64,000 nt of DNA from Flavipsychrobacter sp. (GCA_031292525.1 JARLGY010000010.1:90806-154805); one strand, 5' to 3'. Shown: positions 38,018-50,980, numbered from the stretch's first letter. The notes: generated by a model from the sequence alone, not told the origin. Numbers and translations are program-made.

Positions 38018-38025
38018 TATCTTTG
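38018..38025 (+). promoter_or_regulatory. -7 box TATCTTTG, with TTTG at 37995-37998 as the -33 element, for tRNA-Lys
   Basis: The spacing of about 19 nt fits the Bacteroidetes TTTG-N19-21-TAnnTTTG consensus. Confidence 0.55.
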
Positions 38026-38053
38026 CGTCCCGTTCTGAAAGAACATAGGGAAT

Positions 38054-38126
38054 GATTTCGTAGCTCAGTTGGTAGAGCAATACACTTTTAATGTATGGGT
38101 CTTGGGTTCGAGTCCCAACGGAATCA
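38054..38126 (+). tRNA. tRNA-Lys (anticodon UUU), 73 nt
   Basis: Hand-folded cloverleaf. Acceptor stem GATTTCG/CGGAATC. D arm GCTC-AGTTGGTA-GAGC. Anticodon stem ATACA/TGTAT with loop CTTTTAA. T arm TTGGG-TTCGAGT-CCCAA. Confidence 0.92.
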
Positions 38127-38133
38127 CTCGAAA

Positions 38134-38159
38134 AGCCTCGCAAATTGCGAGGCTTTTTT
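38134..38159 (+). terminator. Intrinsic terminator after tRNA-Lys
   Basis: agcctcgca/tgcgaggct is a 9-bp stem followed by T6. Confidence 0.8.
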
Positions 38160-38584
38160 GTTATTACAGATGTTTCAATCCCCTAATAGAGACTTGCTAT
38201 TACGGAGAGGGATCAATGGAGTAGCTCCACGAAACTATAATATGCCGGAGTAAAAGTTTGGCCAATTGACGCGTTGTTATTTCCCTTATACTCCCCAACT
38301 AAATTCGCACGCCAAGCATTCAGCAACAACAATTCTAATTACCATATCCACGTCTTCTATGGCAGGGTGTCAATATTGATCATCCTGAACTCACCCAATC
38401 TTAGAGTTAGGATTACAAATTTCGCAAAAACTTATATTTTTTTTCTGATAATTTTTAATAAAATATTTACTGATAGATACTTATCCATAACATTTATTTT
38501 AAATTTTAAATATTAATTACCATAAAGAGTTATTTTCTGGTAAAATAACATATCTTTATATTTAACCTTAAAAACACTAATTTT

Positions 38585-40006
38585 ATGAGATCACTATTAA
38601 CTTTTTTAGCGCTGGTGGTACTGTCAACCAATGCTTTTGGGCAAGCACCTACCCTTGTTGGTTCTTGGCAATTTAACGGTAATGCCAATGATGGCTCGGG
38701 CAACGGCCTTAACGGTACGGTCTATAATGCAACACTTACTGCTGGTCAATCCGGAGGGGCAAATACTGCTTATAAGTTTAATGGAGCGACTTCATTTATT
38801 AGTGTGCCTTATAGCGCGCTGCTGGACATTACTAAATTTACCATCCAAGCCACGGTAAGGATAGATAGTTTTAACCCCAACACTTGCCAAGCAGAGTTTA
38901 TTGTGAACAGAGGTACACAAGCTACCACACATTGGTACAACATGGGGATAAATGACAATGCCTATGATAATAGTTGCAGCATATATAGTCCAAATAATAC
39001 TGAATTTGTAGATGGTGTTTCTGGTACCAGTACTGCAAGCCTTCATGCCGGAAACTATATACAAGCGGGCACATGGTATTGCCACACATACACCTATGAT
39101 GGCACTAAAATGAGATTGTACCTGAATGGTACTATTATCGATTCTGTGGCCATTGCCAATGTCCTCAACTATTCCGGCTCTCACGATTCACTCGTTTTTG
39201 GTTACTATCCAGCGGGAGGTGTTTCATTCCCTTATTGGCTTAATGGTGCTATCGATAACATTTCAATCTGGAATGGTGTATTATCGGATTCTGTTATTGC
39301 AAATATTTGCAACGTTGAGGATTCTTGCAGCTTGCAGTGCTACTGGCGTGTAGGTGGCAACAGCAGTATAACATCTAGTGATTTCTTAGGTACCACAAAT
39401 GCAGAACCGGTAGTTATTAAAACAAACAACATTCAGCGTGCAGTTATACAGGGTAGTGGAAATGGGAATATGGGTATTGCTACTGCAACACCAACTACAA
39501 CGTTGCACTTAAATGCGGTGGCTCCAAAAGGGGTGCCATCAGGACTACGTCTTGAACAATTACCTGCAGGCACTGGTAACATACTTGTAATAGATAGTGC
39601 TGGCTATGTATATAAAGCAAAGTCCCAAACTGCATTAGCTGAAACAAGAGATAACGAACTTGCTAATATGCAAGATAAAATAACCCAAATGCAACAACAA
39701 ATAAATACACTTCAAGCGTCAATGGCTGCGAGTATTACAAAAAATGGCAGCTCATTATCCTTATCACCCAATCCCACTTCAGGCCAGGTTACCGCTGTTT
39801 ATACTATATCAGGATCTGTATCTAATGCCGAAATAAGCATAACAGACAACATGGGCAAAACAATTCTTATGCAACCAGTAACAGGTAACAGCGGCAGCAT
39901 TATCCTGGACATACCAGGCAATGTTGTGTCTAATCAACTGCTCTGTACATTATTTGCAGATGGTAGAGTTGTGGCATCACAAAAATTAGCATTGCTCAAT
40001 AAATAA
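38585..40006 (+). CDS. Secreted LamG/concanavalin-A-like lectin domain protein with a T9SS C-terminal sorting domain
   Basis: It has a signal peptide, a LamG-like block (SFISVPYS...FTIQATV...MRLYLNG...NISIWN) and a C-terminal SLSPNPTSGQV...beta-sandwich tail of about 80 aa. Confidence 0.75.
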   Translation: MRSLLTFLALVVLSTNAFGQAPTLVGSWQFNGNANDGSGNGLNGTVYNATLTAGQSGGANTAYKFNGATSFISVPYSALLDITKFTIQATVRIDSFNPNTCQAEFIVNRGTQATTHWYNMGINDNAYDNSCSIYSPNNTEFVDGVSGTSTASLHAGNYIQAGTWYCHTYTYDGTKMRLYLNGTIIDSVAIANVLNYSGSHDSLVFGYYPAGGVSFPYWLNGAIDNISIWNGVLSDSVIANICNVEDSCSLQCYWRVGGNSSITSSDFLGTTNAEPVVIKTNNIQRAVIQGSGNGNMGIATATPTTTLHLNAVAPKGVPSGLRLEQLPAGTGNILVIDSAGYVYKAKSQTALAETRDNELANMQDKITQMQQQINTLQASMAASITKNGSSLSLSPNPTSGQVTAVYTISGSVSNAEISITDNMGKTILMQPVTGNSGSIILDIPGNVVSNQLLCTLFADGRVVASQKLALLNK

Positions 40007-40024
40007 TCAGTATGATAACAAGAG

Positions 40025-40059
40025 GCCGTCTCCAAAATTACTTTTGGGACGGTTTTTTT
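40025..40059 (+). terminator. Intrinsic terminator
   Basis: ccgtc(t)ccaaaa - ttac - ttttgggacgg, followed by T8. Confidence 0.75.
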
Positions 40060-40449
40060 TATTTCATACCGTTTTGACTTTGTCAGCACTGTACTGCGAA
40101 TGAAGTGTTCCACGTCCAATTCACATACAGGCTTCAGAATATGTTGGGTGCACTGTCTAGGTGCTTGTGCTACTATAGGCGATGTCACTCGTCCTTATCC
40201 TCGTCTGGCTTTTACTGCAGTGCCTGTTTCTGATGCTGTTTTTATTTATAGAATTTAAAAAGCCGCTATGGGAGCGGCTTTTGCTAATTAGAGCACTACT
40301 GATAACAGTAACTAATTTGTAAGGTAAACGTAATGATCAGACTAATTATTGCGCTAAAAAAATATAGTATAAAATGATTTTTTTACCCGTGGATATCTGA
40401 TATTTTTGAACGTTTAGTACTGGTTTTTGGTAGAAGAATTCACATCTAA

Positions 40450-43086
<2,637 letters not shown>

Positions 43087-43164
43087 ACGGGTAGCTGCAG
43101 CTTTAACAATAAACCACCAATCTACATAATAAATAGCCGTTGAAAATAAAGATAATTGTACCAT

Positions 43165-43172
43165 TATCTTTG
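43165..43172 (+). promoter_or_regulatory. -7 box TATCTTTG only 5 nt before the ATG of the Crp/Fnr gene (possible leaderless mRNA)
   Basis: The motif fits TAnnTTTG. A TTG at 43140-43142 gives a spacer of about 22 nt. Confidence 0.35.
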
Positions 43173-43177
43173 CGTGA

Positions 43178-43753
43178 ATGGATCATACCAAGCTTCACTC
43201 CTATATTAAAAAAGTCTCCAAAAGAATAACTGATGAGGAGTTTTCTTTGATCATTAGTTGTGCACAAAGCAGACAACTAAAAAAAGGTGATGCTGTATTA
43301 AAGGAAGGAGATATTTGCCGTTCCTTTTACCTGGTTGAAAAAGGATATCTACGTACTTGGTATAACAAAGATGGCATACCCATCAATCTAAACTTTACAC
43401 TGGAGGGTGAATTTGCCACGAATGTAAAAAGCCTGAACAGTCACCAACCCTCAGAATTCACCATTGAAGCGGGGGAAGAGGCGTCGGTATTGATCTTCAA
43501 TCTGGACATTATAGTCAAAGAATTTGATTCACATCCCCAGATCGTTCTCTTTATCAGACGGTTGGCTATGCATATGCTCCTGGCCTCAGAAGAGCACAAT
43601 AAACTATTCAAAATGTACACTCCCACTGAGCGCTACAGGTACATTGAAGAACACAAACCCGAATTGCTGCAACGTATATCCCTCTCTCAAATAGCATCGT
43701 ACCTGGGTGTAACCCGCGAAACACTGAGCCGTATACGTGGGAAAAGGGATTAA
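43178..43753 (+). CDS. Crp/Fnr-family transcriptional regulator (cNMP-binding domain plus HTH)
   Basis: Contains the beta-roll pattern GD.......YLVEKGYLR and a C-terminal HTH (SLSQIASYLGVTRETLSRIR). Confidence 0.85.
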   Translation: MDHTKLHSYIKKVSKRITDEEFSLIISCAQSRQLKKGDAVLKEGDICRSFYLVEKGYLRTWYNKDGIPINLNFTLEGEFATNVKSLNSHQPSEFTIEAGEEASVLIFNLDIIVKEFDSHPQIVLFIRRLAMHMLLASEEHNKLFKMYTPTERYRYIEEHKPELLQRISLSQIASYLGVTRETLSRIRGKRD

Positions 43754-43813
43754 CAACCCGGATTGTGACGTTTGTCACAGGTCTATGTTATACACTTGAG
43801 CCACCTTTGCAGT

Positions 43814-45076
43814 GTGAGTATCAGTACATTCAACGCATTTAAAAACAAGAACTACAGATTATTTTTTTCGGGCCAGTCCATTTCTCAAATTGGCACCTGG
43901 ATGCAGCGTACCGGCGTAAGTTGGGTTGTCTATACAATGACACATTCTGCTTTTATGCTGGGCGCTACAGTATTTGCAGCGCAATTCCCGTCCTTTCTTT
44001 TTTCTTTATTAGGTGGTATAGCAGCAGACAGGTATAACCGGTATAAAGTACTGCTCATTACCCAGGTAGCATCTATGATACAAGCAATATTGCTGGCCAT
44101 ACTTACACTTACCAATCACTACCAGGTTTGGGAGATCCTTGCACTGAGTGTTGCTCTTGGTATCATTAATGCCTTTGATGTGCCCGCCAGGCAACCGCTG
44201 ATACACGACCTAGTAACTGATCCGGCAGAACTACCCAATGCACTTGCGCTCAATTCCTCTATGGTAAACCTTGCCCGTTTAGTTGGCCCGGCATTATCGG
44301 GCATTGTATTGGTAAGATTCGGTGCAGGTATATGTTTCAGCCTGAACGCTGTAAGCTTTGTAGCCGTGATCACCTCCCTGTTATTAATGAAGTTACCAGC
44401 GCATATACCAGCAACTATAAAAAAGAAAACCACTACTGAACTTGCTGAAGGCTTCACCTATCTGAAAAACACACCTACAATTGGCATCATAATGATAATG
44501 CTTGCATCTACCAGTCTATTGGTTTTGCCATATAACACGCTCTTGCCTGTGTTTGCAAAAGTTATCTTTAATGGTAATGCAGCCACTTATGGATATATCA
44601 ATAGTTTTATAGGATTGGGGGCAATTATTGGTTCCATATTCCTGGCATCTTTAAAGAAGGGGGCCGATCTTAAATTTGTACTACTCATCAACACGCTTAT
44701 TTTTGGCACATGCCTCATGCTTTTTTCATACATCAGTTATTACCCATTGGCTATGTTTTTTGCCACACTAACGGGGTTTGGAATGATGTCGCAGACAACT
44801 ATTATCATGACGATAATACAGATCAATTCAGATAAAAAAATGAGGGGAAGGATAATGAGCTATGTAGCTATGGCTTACTTTGGAATGTTGCCATTGGGTA
44901 GCCTTATTATCGGTGCTATTTCTCAGAAAATAGGGGCACCCAATACGCTTCTTTGCCAAGGAGCAGTAGCGCTTATTATTGCAGCCATATTTGCCAAGTA
45001 TTTAACAAGAGATAGACTAAGTAAGAAAGAGATGGAGCTGTTTGAAGAAGAAGAGGTAATAAAGGAAAACGTGTAG
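43814..45076 (+). CDS. MFS transporter (EntS/MFS_3-like)
   Basis: It has about 12 TM helices, an N-terminal NKNYRLFFSGQSISQIGTW and a GGIAADRYNR loop. GTG 43814 is the likely start; the ORF track starts at 43772. Confidence 0.8.
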   Translation: MSISTFNAFKNKNYRLFFSGQSISQIGTWMQRTGVSWVVYTMTHSAFMLGATVFAAQFPSFLFSLLGGIAADRYNRYKVLLITQVASMIQAILLAILTLTNHYQVWEILALSVALGIINAFDVPARQPLIHDLVTDPAELPNALALNSSMVNLARLVGPALSGIVLVRFGAGICFSLNAVSFVAVITSLLLMKLPAHIPATIKKKTTTELAEGFTYLKNTPTIGIIMIMLASTSLLVLPYNTLLPVFAKVIFNGNAATYGYINSFIGLGAIIGSIFLASLKKGADLKFVLLINTLIFGTCLMLFSYISYYPLAMFFATLTGFGMMSQTTIIMTIIQINSDKKMRGRIMSYVAMAYFGMLPLGSLIIGAISQKIGAPNTLLCQGAVALIIAAIFAKYLTRDRLSKKEMELFEEEEVIKENV

Positions 45077-45111
45077 CAAAAAACATTTATCATAAAAACA
45101 ACAATAAAAAA

Positions 45112-45675
45112 ATGGAACAAAACACACAAAACACCGCTCTGTTGGTGATGGATATGCAGGCCGGCATTGTTGGAATGCTGCCGGATAGTGCAGCTATTAT
45201 TGGCAATGTTGCTAAAGCTATAGCACATGCCCGCGATAACGGCATTCCAGTTATATATGTAGTAGTTGGATTCAGACAAGGAGCGCCAGAAATTAGCATG
45301 AATAATAAGGGCTTCGCAGAAAGCAAGGGAAGATTTGGCACTGTGAACTTTGAAGAATTCATGAAAATCCATACAGATATTGCACCACGGGAAGGAGAGA
45401 TCACAGTTACAAAACGCCGTGTTAGTGCATTTACAGGCAGCGATCTTGAAGTGGTGTTAAGGGCATTCGGCATACAGCACCTGGTACTTACAGGTATTTC
45501 TACAAGCGGCGTAGTATTATCGACCACCCGAGAAGCGGCAGACAAAGACTACCGCCTGACCATATTAGCAGATTGCTGTGCTGATACAGATGAAGAAGTG
45601 CACCGCGTTTTAACCACTAAGGTTCTCCCTCGCCAGGCCGGCGTAGTGACACTAGCAGAATGGAACAAAAAGTAA
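45112..45675 (+). CDS. Isochorismatase-family hydrolase
   Basis: Contains ALLVMDMQ (Asp), a conserved Lys region and the LVLTGISTSGVVLST block. Gly occupies the usual Cys position. Confidence 0.75.
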   Translation: MEQNTQNTALLVMDMQAGIVGMLPDSAAIIGNVAKAIAHARDNGIPVIYVVVGFRQGAPEISMNNKGFAESKGRFGTVNFEEFMKIHTDIAPREGEITVTKRRVSAFTGSDLEVVLRAFGIQHLVLTGISTSGVVLSTTREAADKDYRLTILADCCADTDEEVHRVLTTKVLPRQAGVVTLAEWNKK

Positions 45676-45720
45676 GCCCATTACGAACCATTGATAAAAT
45701 TCATTGCACATGATCAAATT

Positions 45721-45758
45721 AAAAAATGAGCCTCTTTTGGGAAAGAGGCTCATTTTTT
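45721..45758. terminator. Bidirectional intrinsic terminator between convergent genes
   Basis: A6, then atgagcctcttt, loop tggg, then aaagaggctcat, then T5. The 12-bp stem is perfect. Confidence 0.85.
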
Positions 45759-45798
45759 AATTATATAACAGACTGCGAGGAGAAGCCTTCTATTTAAA

Positions 45799-47673
45799 TT
45801 ACTTTATCTCCTTATCCAAAGACGCCTGGGCCAGTGGATGATAATTCATGCGGTATTTGGCATACAGCCTTTTTGCCATTTCCTTTCCGTTAGGGGTTTT
45901 CATCATAGCTGCATATAGTGGCTCTATGAATTTGCGACGCCCTACACTGCCGAGGAACTGCTCCATGGCTGTATAGGCTGGCTCATAGCCTGCACGTATG
46001 GCCATTACAAACCACAGATCAGCTATCTCACTGTTGCCGATTTGGGTGAAGTGGAATGTTCCATCCAACTGTTTCATTTGCTCTCGGGTAATGCTGTCTG
46101 GCATTTTACGTAAAAATTGCTGCCACTCGTTACTACTCCACCCTGTTGTATCCAATTGTGCAGGTGGTGTACCTTTTAAAAATTTTCCGTTTTGTGCATC
46201 TACTTTTGCAAACCGAACATTACCTGCACGGGGACAATTGGCAGGTATGCCCGGACCATATACCCATGCACTGATGTCTAGTTTTTTAGCAAGTGTACTG
46301 TCTCCTTTAATAAGATTAGCATTTAAGTAGCTGAGGAAATTCTCAGTATTTATAGTTTTAAAAGCATGTTCATCAAAGTATTTTTTCAAAAACGCATCAA
46401 ACTTTTCCCTACCCACATTTATTTCTATCAGCTTTAAGAAATGACTTCCCTTTTCGTAAGGTATATCAGAGAACCCATCATCAGCATCACGGCCATCCAG
46501 GTTTATTTTCAACCAGGTATCTTTATTATCCTTCCCCAATTCGTTCACATTGGTCACCAGATCCTGGTAGCCCAGCTCCCACAGCATGTCTGCATAATCC
46601 TTACCTTCTATAGATTCCATTATGCGACGCTCGAAATAGTCAGTAAACCCTTCGTTCAGCCAAAAGTCGTTCCAGGTTGCATTAGTTACCAGGTTGCCAC
46701 TCCAGCTATGGGCCAGCTCATGGGCTATAAGACTCACTAAGCTACGATCACCAGCGATGATAGTAGGCGTGCAGAATGTAAGGCGTGGGTTCTCCATACC
46801 ACCTATAGGGAAGCCTGGAGGTAGGACCAACATATCGTACCTACCCCACCTGTAAGGTCCGTAGAGTTTCTCTGCTGCGTTCACCATCTTTCCTACACCA
46901 TCAAATTCATAGCGTGCTTTGTCTATCATTCCTGGCTCCGCATATACACCTGTGCGATTGTCGATAGCTTTAAAATCGATATGCCCAACGGCCAACGCCA
47001 TAAGGTATGCAGGTATAGGCAGATCCATCTTAAAGTGATAAATACCACTATCATTTACCTGTTTTGGATTTTCTGCACTCATTAAAGCCAGAGCGCCTTT
47101 AGGTACAGACACCCTTGCAGTATAGGTGTAACGTATGCCTGGACCATCAGCACATGGCAACCAACTTCTTGCATAAACAGATTCAGACTGCGTATATAAG
47201 AATGGATATTTCTTAGCGTGGGTTTGTTGTGGGTCAAGCCACTGAAGGGCTGTGGCATTCTTACCTGTTTTATAAAATATGGTTACTTCTGTGCTTCCTA
47301 CTTCAACAGGTATGTTTAGGGCACTGCCCATGTATTTTATAGGACTGTCCAGTATGGCATTTACTTTTTTACCATTCACAAATACGCTGTCTACAGTAAG
47401 GTCATATGTATCCAGCTTCAGGTTGTTCAGCTTGTTGTTGTTATCTATTGTCCAGGTCGCTTTCCCAGATATTTTTTTCTGGTCAAAATCTACCTTTATA
47501 TCCATATCAAGGTGCTTCAGCGTTATGCTGTCTGCATTGGACAAGGTATGCATATCCTTTTCAACCGTATCTGTCGCTGTTGCAACGACAGTAGTTGACG
47601 TAGTTGCATTTTTACAAGCGCTCAACAGGATAAAAGACAGCAACGCTGTGTATATATACTTATTCATAATCAT
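45799..47673 (-). CDS. M1-family zinc metallopeptidase (aminopeptidase N / LTA4-hydrolase-like) lipoprotein
   Basis: Contains GGMENP, HELAHSWSGN, WLNEGFT and a lipobox (LLSAC). Confidence 0.9.
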   Translation of the reverse strand: MIMNKYIYTALLSFILLSACKNATTSTTVVATATDTVEKDMHTLSNADSITLKHLDMDIKVDFDQKKISGKATWTIDNNNKLNNLKLDTYDLTVDSVFVNGKKVNAILDSPIKYMGSALNIPVEVGSTEVTIFYKTGKNATALQWLDPQQTHAKKYPFLYTQSESVYARSWLPCADGPGIRYTYTARVSVPKGALALMSAENPKQVNDSGIYHFKMDLPIPAYLMALAVGHIDFKAIDNRTGVYAEPGMIDKARYEFDGVGKMVNAAEKLYGPYRWGRYDMLVLPPGFPIGGMENPRLTFCTPTIIAGDRSLVSLIAHELAHSWSGNLVTNATWNDFWLNEGFTDYFERRIMESIEGKDYADMLWELGYQDLVTNVNELGKDNKDTWLKINLDGRDADDGFSDIPYEKGSHFLKLIEINVGREKFDAFLKKYFDEHAFKTINTENFLSYLNANLIKGDSTLAKKLDISAWVYGPGIPANCPRAGNVRFAKVDAQNGKFLKGTPPAQLDTTGWSSNEWQQFLRKMPDSITREQMKQLDGTFHFTQIGNSEIADLWFVMAIRAGYEPAYTAMEQFLGSVGRRKFIEPLYAAMMKTPNGKEMAKRLYAKYRMNYHPLAQASLDKEIK

Positions 47674-49379
47674 TATTCAAGTTCTGTTTTTCGCACGGCA
47701 TCCCATGTTGTATTTGCATAGCTATCCCATACCAGCCAGAGCAGGATTGCGGAAAGTACCATAAATAACAACTTCAGCCAAAGAATATTTATAGCCATGT
47801 AATGGCCAAAACCCAGAGCCGAAGGTATTGCCATAGCTATGAAAGATTTGAGAAAACGGTTGCCGCCCTGGTTCATTTGTTCTTGCATAGAAAACGGAAG
47901 GTCCCTAAAACTTACCCTCATCATGCAGGCAGCAAACAATGTTACGTTTATCAGCGCAAGTATTACATCGGTAATGGCAGGCCAGCCCCATACAGAAACA
48001 ATAAATATGGCCAATAGAATAAACAATGGCAAGAAGAACTTTATCCACATTGCCTTAAACGCACCTGACATAACCCTACCCGGAGTAACAACAGGAGTAG
48101 CATAATACACCCAGGCTGACTTATACTGGTCTGATATAGTAAGATAGTTCAGCACCCTTATGAGCATGAAAGATGATAAATACAGCAGTAGTAAGTAGCT
48201 GGGGTTATCAGGTGATGTTGCTTTATCCCAGGCATCTTTAAAAGACATATGCTTTTCTGAAGTAAGCAGGAAAACAAAGTAAATGGGCATGTATGCAAAA
48301 AACGGGTACACTTTCATTTTAAAAGACCGGGAACGGGATGTTTGCAACCAGGTAATGATAAAACCTGCCTTTGCAACGTCATCCTTATTCATCAGGTTGG
48401 CAAGCTTTTGATAGAACTTTCCTCCGGTGGTTTTTGCTTGTGCTACAGGGGCATATTCTGCTGCGGCCACTGTGTCTATACCGCCAATAGCCCTGGCAAA
48501 TTGTGGTGACAAATATTTAACCAACAACCACAAACAGAGCAAAGGAAGCGCTATTGCCAATATAAAGAACCATTGTGTACCAGCCAGGTTAACAGGGAAA
48601 CCCAGCAAAGACCAAAAGGAAGCCAGCCAATATGATGGTGTAAACATTACCCAGCTATGTTTGCTGATATCCAGGTTAACGAGGTCTTCTATATTGCCGC
48701 TTGTGTTGAGCATACCGCGCATGAGGTAGCCCGAAGCAAACAATACTATGGAAAATGCAATCTGAAAATAATTGATAATATCTTTAAAACGCTCGGGCTT
48801 TGCCAGCTTTAACAACAGTAAGTAGGTACAGTTGACCAGGAAAATGGCAATACACGCCAATAATATAAGTGGTAAAGGGAATAGGAGCGCTGACTTCCAG
48901 CCGTCCAGGATGCCAAGTGTTATCCACATAGGCAATGACATGGGTAGTATGATGCGAAACAGGTAAATGAACACATGCAGCAACCTGGATAGTACTATTG
49001 TAATATCACTTACAGGCCGGGGAACTATAATATATTTATCGCGGGTATCAAAAAGTACATTGCTGAAATCAGTGATCAGCATGAACGTAAGCATGAATAA
49101 AAAGAAAGAGAACGAAATGGTAAGCCCAAATATACGGTCCTTAATAGTTGCCAGTGCAAAAATGTATACCAGCCCTGTAAGTGCAGCTATGAACATGTTG
49201 AGCCACACCGAATTATTACGCTCTTTTTTTTGGGTGCGTTGCCTGCCAAAGGGTATTGGCTTACGGTCGTCCAGTTTCAGGCGTATATCAAGAATGGCGG
49301 CTAATTGTTCTGTATCGGCCCCCATACTACGCCAAAGCCCAGATGGCAGCATTACCAGCTTTAGAAATATCTTATTCAT
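47673..49379 (-). CDS. Polytopic membrane protein, putative ABC-2-type permease partner
   Basis: It has more than 10 hydrophobic segments. It is 8 nt downstream of the ABC ATPase, and its stop overlaps the peptidase start (TAATG). Confidence 0.6.
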   Translation of the reverse strand: MNKIFLKLVMLPSGLWRSMGADTEQLAAILDIRLKLDDRKPIPFGRQRTQKKERNNSVWLNMFIAALTGLVYIFALATIKDRIFGLTISFSFFLFMLTFMLITDFSNVLFDTRDKYIIVPRPVSDITIVLSRLLHVFIYLFRIILPMSLPMWITLGILDGWKSALLFPLPLILLACIAIFLVNCTYLLLLKLAKPERFKDIINYFQIAFSIVLFASGYLMRGMLNTSGNIEDLVNLDISKHSWVMFTPSYWLASFWSLLGFPVNLAGTQWFFILAIALPLLCLWLLVKYLSPQFARAIGGIDTVAAAEYAPVAQAKTTGGKFYQKLANLMNKDDVAKAGFIITWLQTSRSRSFKMKVYPFFAYMPIYFVFLLTSEKHMSFKDAWDKATSPDNPSYLLLLYLSSFMLIRVLNYLTISDQYKSAWVYYATPVVTPGRVMSGAFKAMWIKFFLPLFILLAIFIVSVWGWPAITDVILALINVTLFAACMMRVSFRDLPFSMQEQMNQGGNRFLKSFIAMAIPSALGFGHYMAINILWLKLLFMVLSAILLWLVWDSYANTTWDAVRKTELE

Positions 49380-49387
49380 GGTACGAG

Positions 49388-50170
49388 TTAGCTAGCAGGT
49401 GTATCATTAAGTGCGGAAGCAAAATCATCAGCGCGATGACTATAGCCTTCACGTGCAGTAAGTTTTGAGAATATCTGTTCCAGCGAATCATTGCTGTTCT
49501 GCCGCAGCTCTTCTATAGTGCCATTGGCTACTATAATACCGTTATCTATCAATACTATCCGGTCAGATACTTTTTCCACCACATCCATCATATGAGATGA
49601 GTAAAATATGGTTTTACCTTCCTGCTTCAAAACCTGCAGCAACTCCTTCACCATGATTACTGTATTGGCATCCAGGCCTGATAAAGGCTCATCCAATATA
49701 ACTATAGAGGGATTATGCAACAACCCGGATGTCAGCAACACCTTTTGTCGCATACCCTTTGAAAAGCTATCCATACGCTGGTCTATATTGCCCAGCAGTC
49801 CAAATGAATCCAGCATCCTGCGCGAGCGCTCTTCTATTACAGCATCTGATAAGTGATAGAGCTTACCTATAAAAGACAAGTATTCGCGCGCCGTCAGCAG
49901 GTCATATAGCTCAGCCAACTCTGGTATATAACCTATCATTTTCTTCACGTCCATTACATTCTGGCGTACATCTTTTCCACCAACTGTCACTTCGCCACTA
50001 TAGTCTTGTATAATACCAGCAAGGATTTTTACTGTAGTAGATTTACCTGCACCATTAGGACCAATGTAGCCTATTATCTGCCCAGGGTAAATATCAAGAT
50101 TTATATCCTTTAGCACTTGTTTTTCACCATAGTTTTTACTCAAGTGCCGCAGAGTGATTATTGGTTTCAT
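49388..50170 (-). CDS. ABC transporter ATP-binding protein
   Basis: Walker A GPNGAGKST, signature FSKGMRQK and Walker B IVILDEP are present. The start is moved to ATG 50170 (MKPIITLRHLSKNYG). Confidence 0.88.
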   Translation of the reverse strand: MKPIITLRHLSKNYGEKQVLKDINLDIYPGQIIGYIGPNGAGKSTTVKILAGIIQDYSGEVTVGGKDVRQNVMDVKKMIGYIPELAELYDLLTAREYLSFIGKLYHLSDAVIEERSRRMLDSFGLLGNIDQRMDSFSKGMRQKVLLTSGLLHNPSIVILDEPLSGLDANTVIMVKELLQVLKQEGKTIFYSSHMMDVVEKVSDRIVLIDNGIIVANGTIEELRQNSNDSLEQIFSKLTAREGYSHRADDFASALNDTPAS

Positions 50171-50247
50171 AGTTGTAAAATTAAAAAACCTCCAATAACA
50201 AGTGCATCGGAGGTGAAAAATAAAAAAACGGTTAGCCAGCCATGTAT

Positions 50248-50889
50248 TTAAGCTTTTATAAGCCTGAATGCATGGTTCCATTTATTGTTGAGCATACCCG
50301 GTATGCACCAAAGCATACATAATGGCTCTATAGCACGAGAAGCTTCTACCTTACCCATATCTTCAACTTCCCATCCAAAACCGACAAGTATATCCGACAC
50401 TTCTTTTTTAGCAGTATCATTATTACCACAAATGAACATGCTGGGCTTTTCTGTGAATGCCGGGTTTATCATGTATGCATTGCCCACGCTATTAAACGCT
50501 TTTACAAAGTGCGCTGCGGGAAAACGCTCCTGTAGTTGCTCCATAAGAGATTCATCCAGCGTAGTAAAAAACTTCAACACTCCATTTTCCGGCGGTGCAT
50601 CTGCTGTCGGGTTAGTAGTATCTATAACTGTCTTACTATTAAAGTTTTGCACTCCAGCCTGTTCTATGGCATCTGATGCAGCAAGGCCTTTTACAGAAAG
50701 CACAATGATATCCCCAAACACCGCTGCGTCTTCAAAAGTGCCGGTCTTACCTTTTGCATTCTTTTCTTTCCATGCATCCAGTTTATTTACATCCCTGCTA
50801 CCTAGCATTACCTCGTGGCCTTTTGCCAAAAAACCACTGCCTAATGTTTGAGCTACAATACCCGAACCTATAATTCCTATCTTTTTCAT
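50248..50889 (-). CDS. NADP-dependent oxidoreductase (F420-reductase/ProC-like Rossmann protein)
   Basis: The N-terminal MKKIGIIGSGIVAQTLG dinucleotide fold is present. Confidence 0.6.
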   Translation of the reverse strand: MKKIGIIGSGIVAQTLGSGFLAKGHEVMLGSRDVNKLDAWKEKNAKGKTGTFEDAAVFGDIIVLSVKGLAASDAIEQAGVQNFNSKTVIDTTNPTADAPPENGVLKFFTTLDESLMEQLQERFPAAHFVKAFNSVGNAYMINPAFTEKPSMFICGNNDTAKKEVSDILVGFGWEVEDMGKVEASRAIEPLCMLWCIPGMLNNKWNHAFRLIKA

Positions 50890-50980
50890 GATTGGTTATT
50901 TAAGGTAAAGTAATAGCAAATTCTGTGATCTGATGACAACGTTAACATTATTTTTTTAGTCGTTTACGGACGACAAAAAA

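Noticed and set aside
37961-38143. 60-aa minus-strand ORF
   Set aside because: It overlaps the well-folding tRNA-Lys(UUU) gene and its promoter.
39934-40188. 84-aa minus-strand ORF
   Set aside because: It overlaps the 3' end of the LamG/T9SS gene and its terminator on the opposite strand, so it is likely spurious.
50171-50281. N-terminal extension of the ABC ATPase ORF that overlaps the oxidoreductase gene
   Set aside because: ABC ATPases typically begin a few residues before the first beta-strand (MKPIITLRHL). The extension is Cys/Trp/Phe-rich and overlaps the upstream gene.
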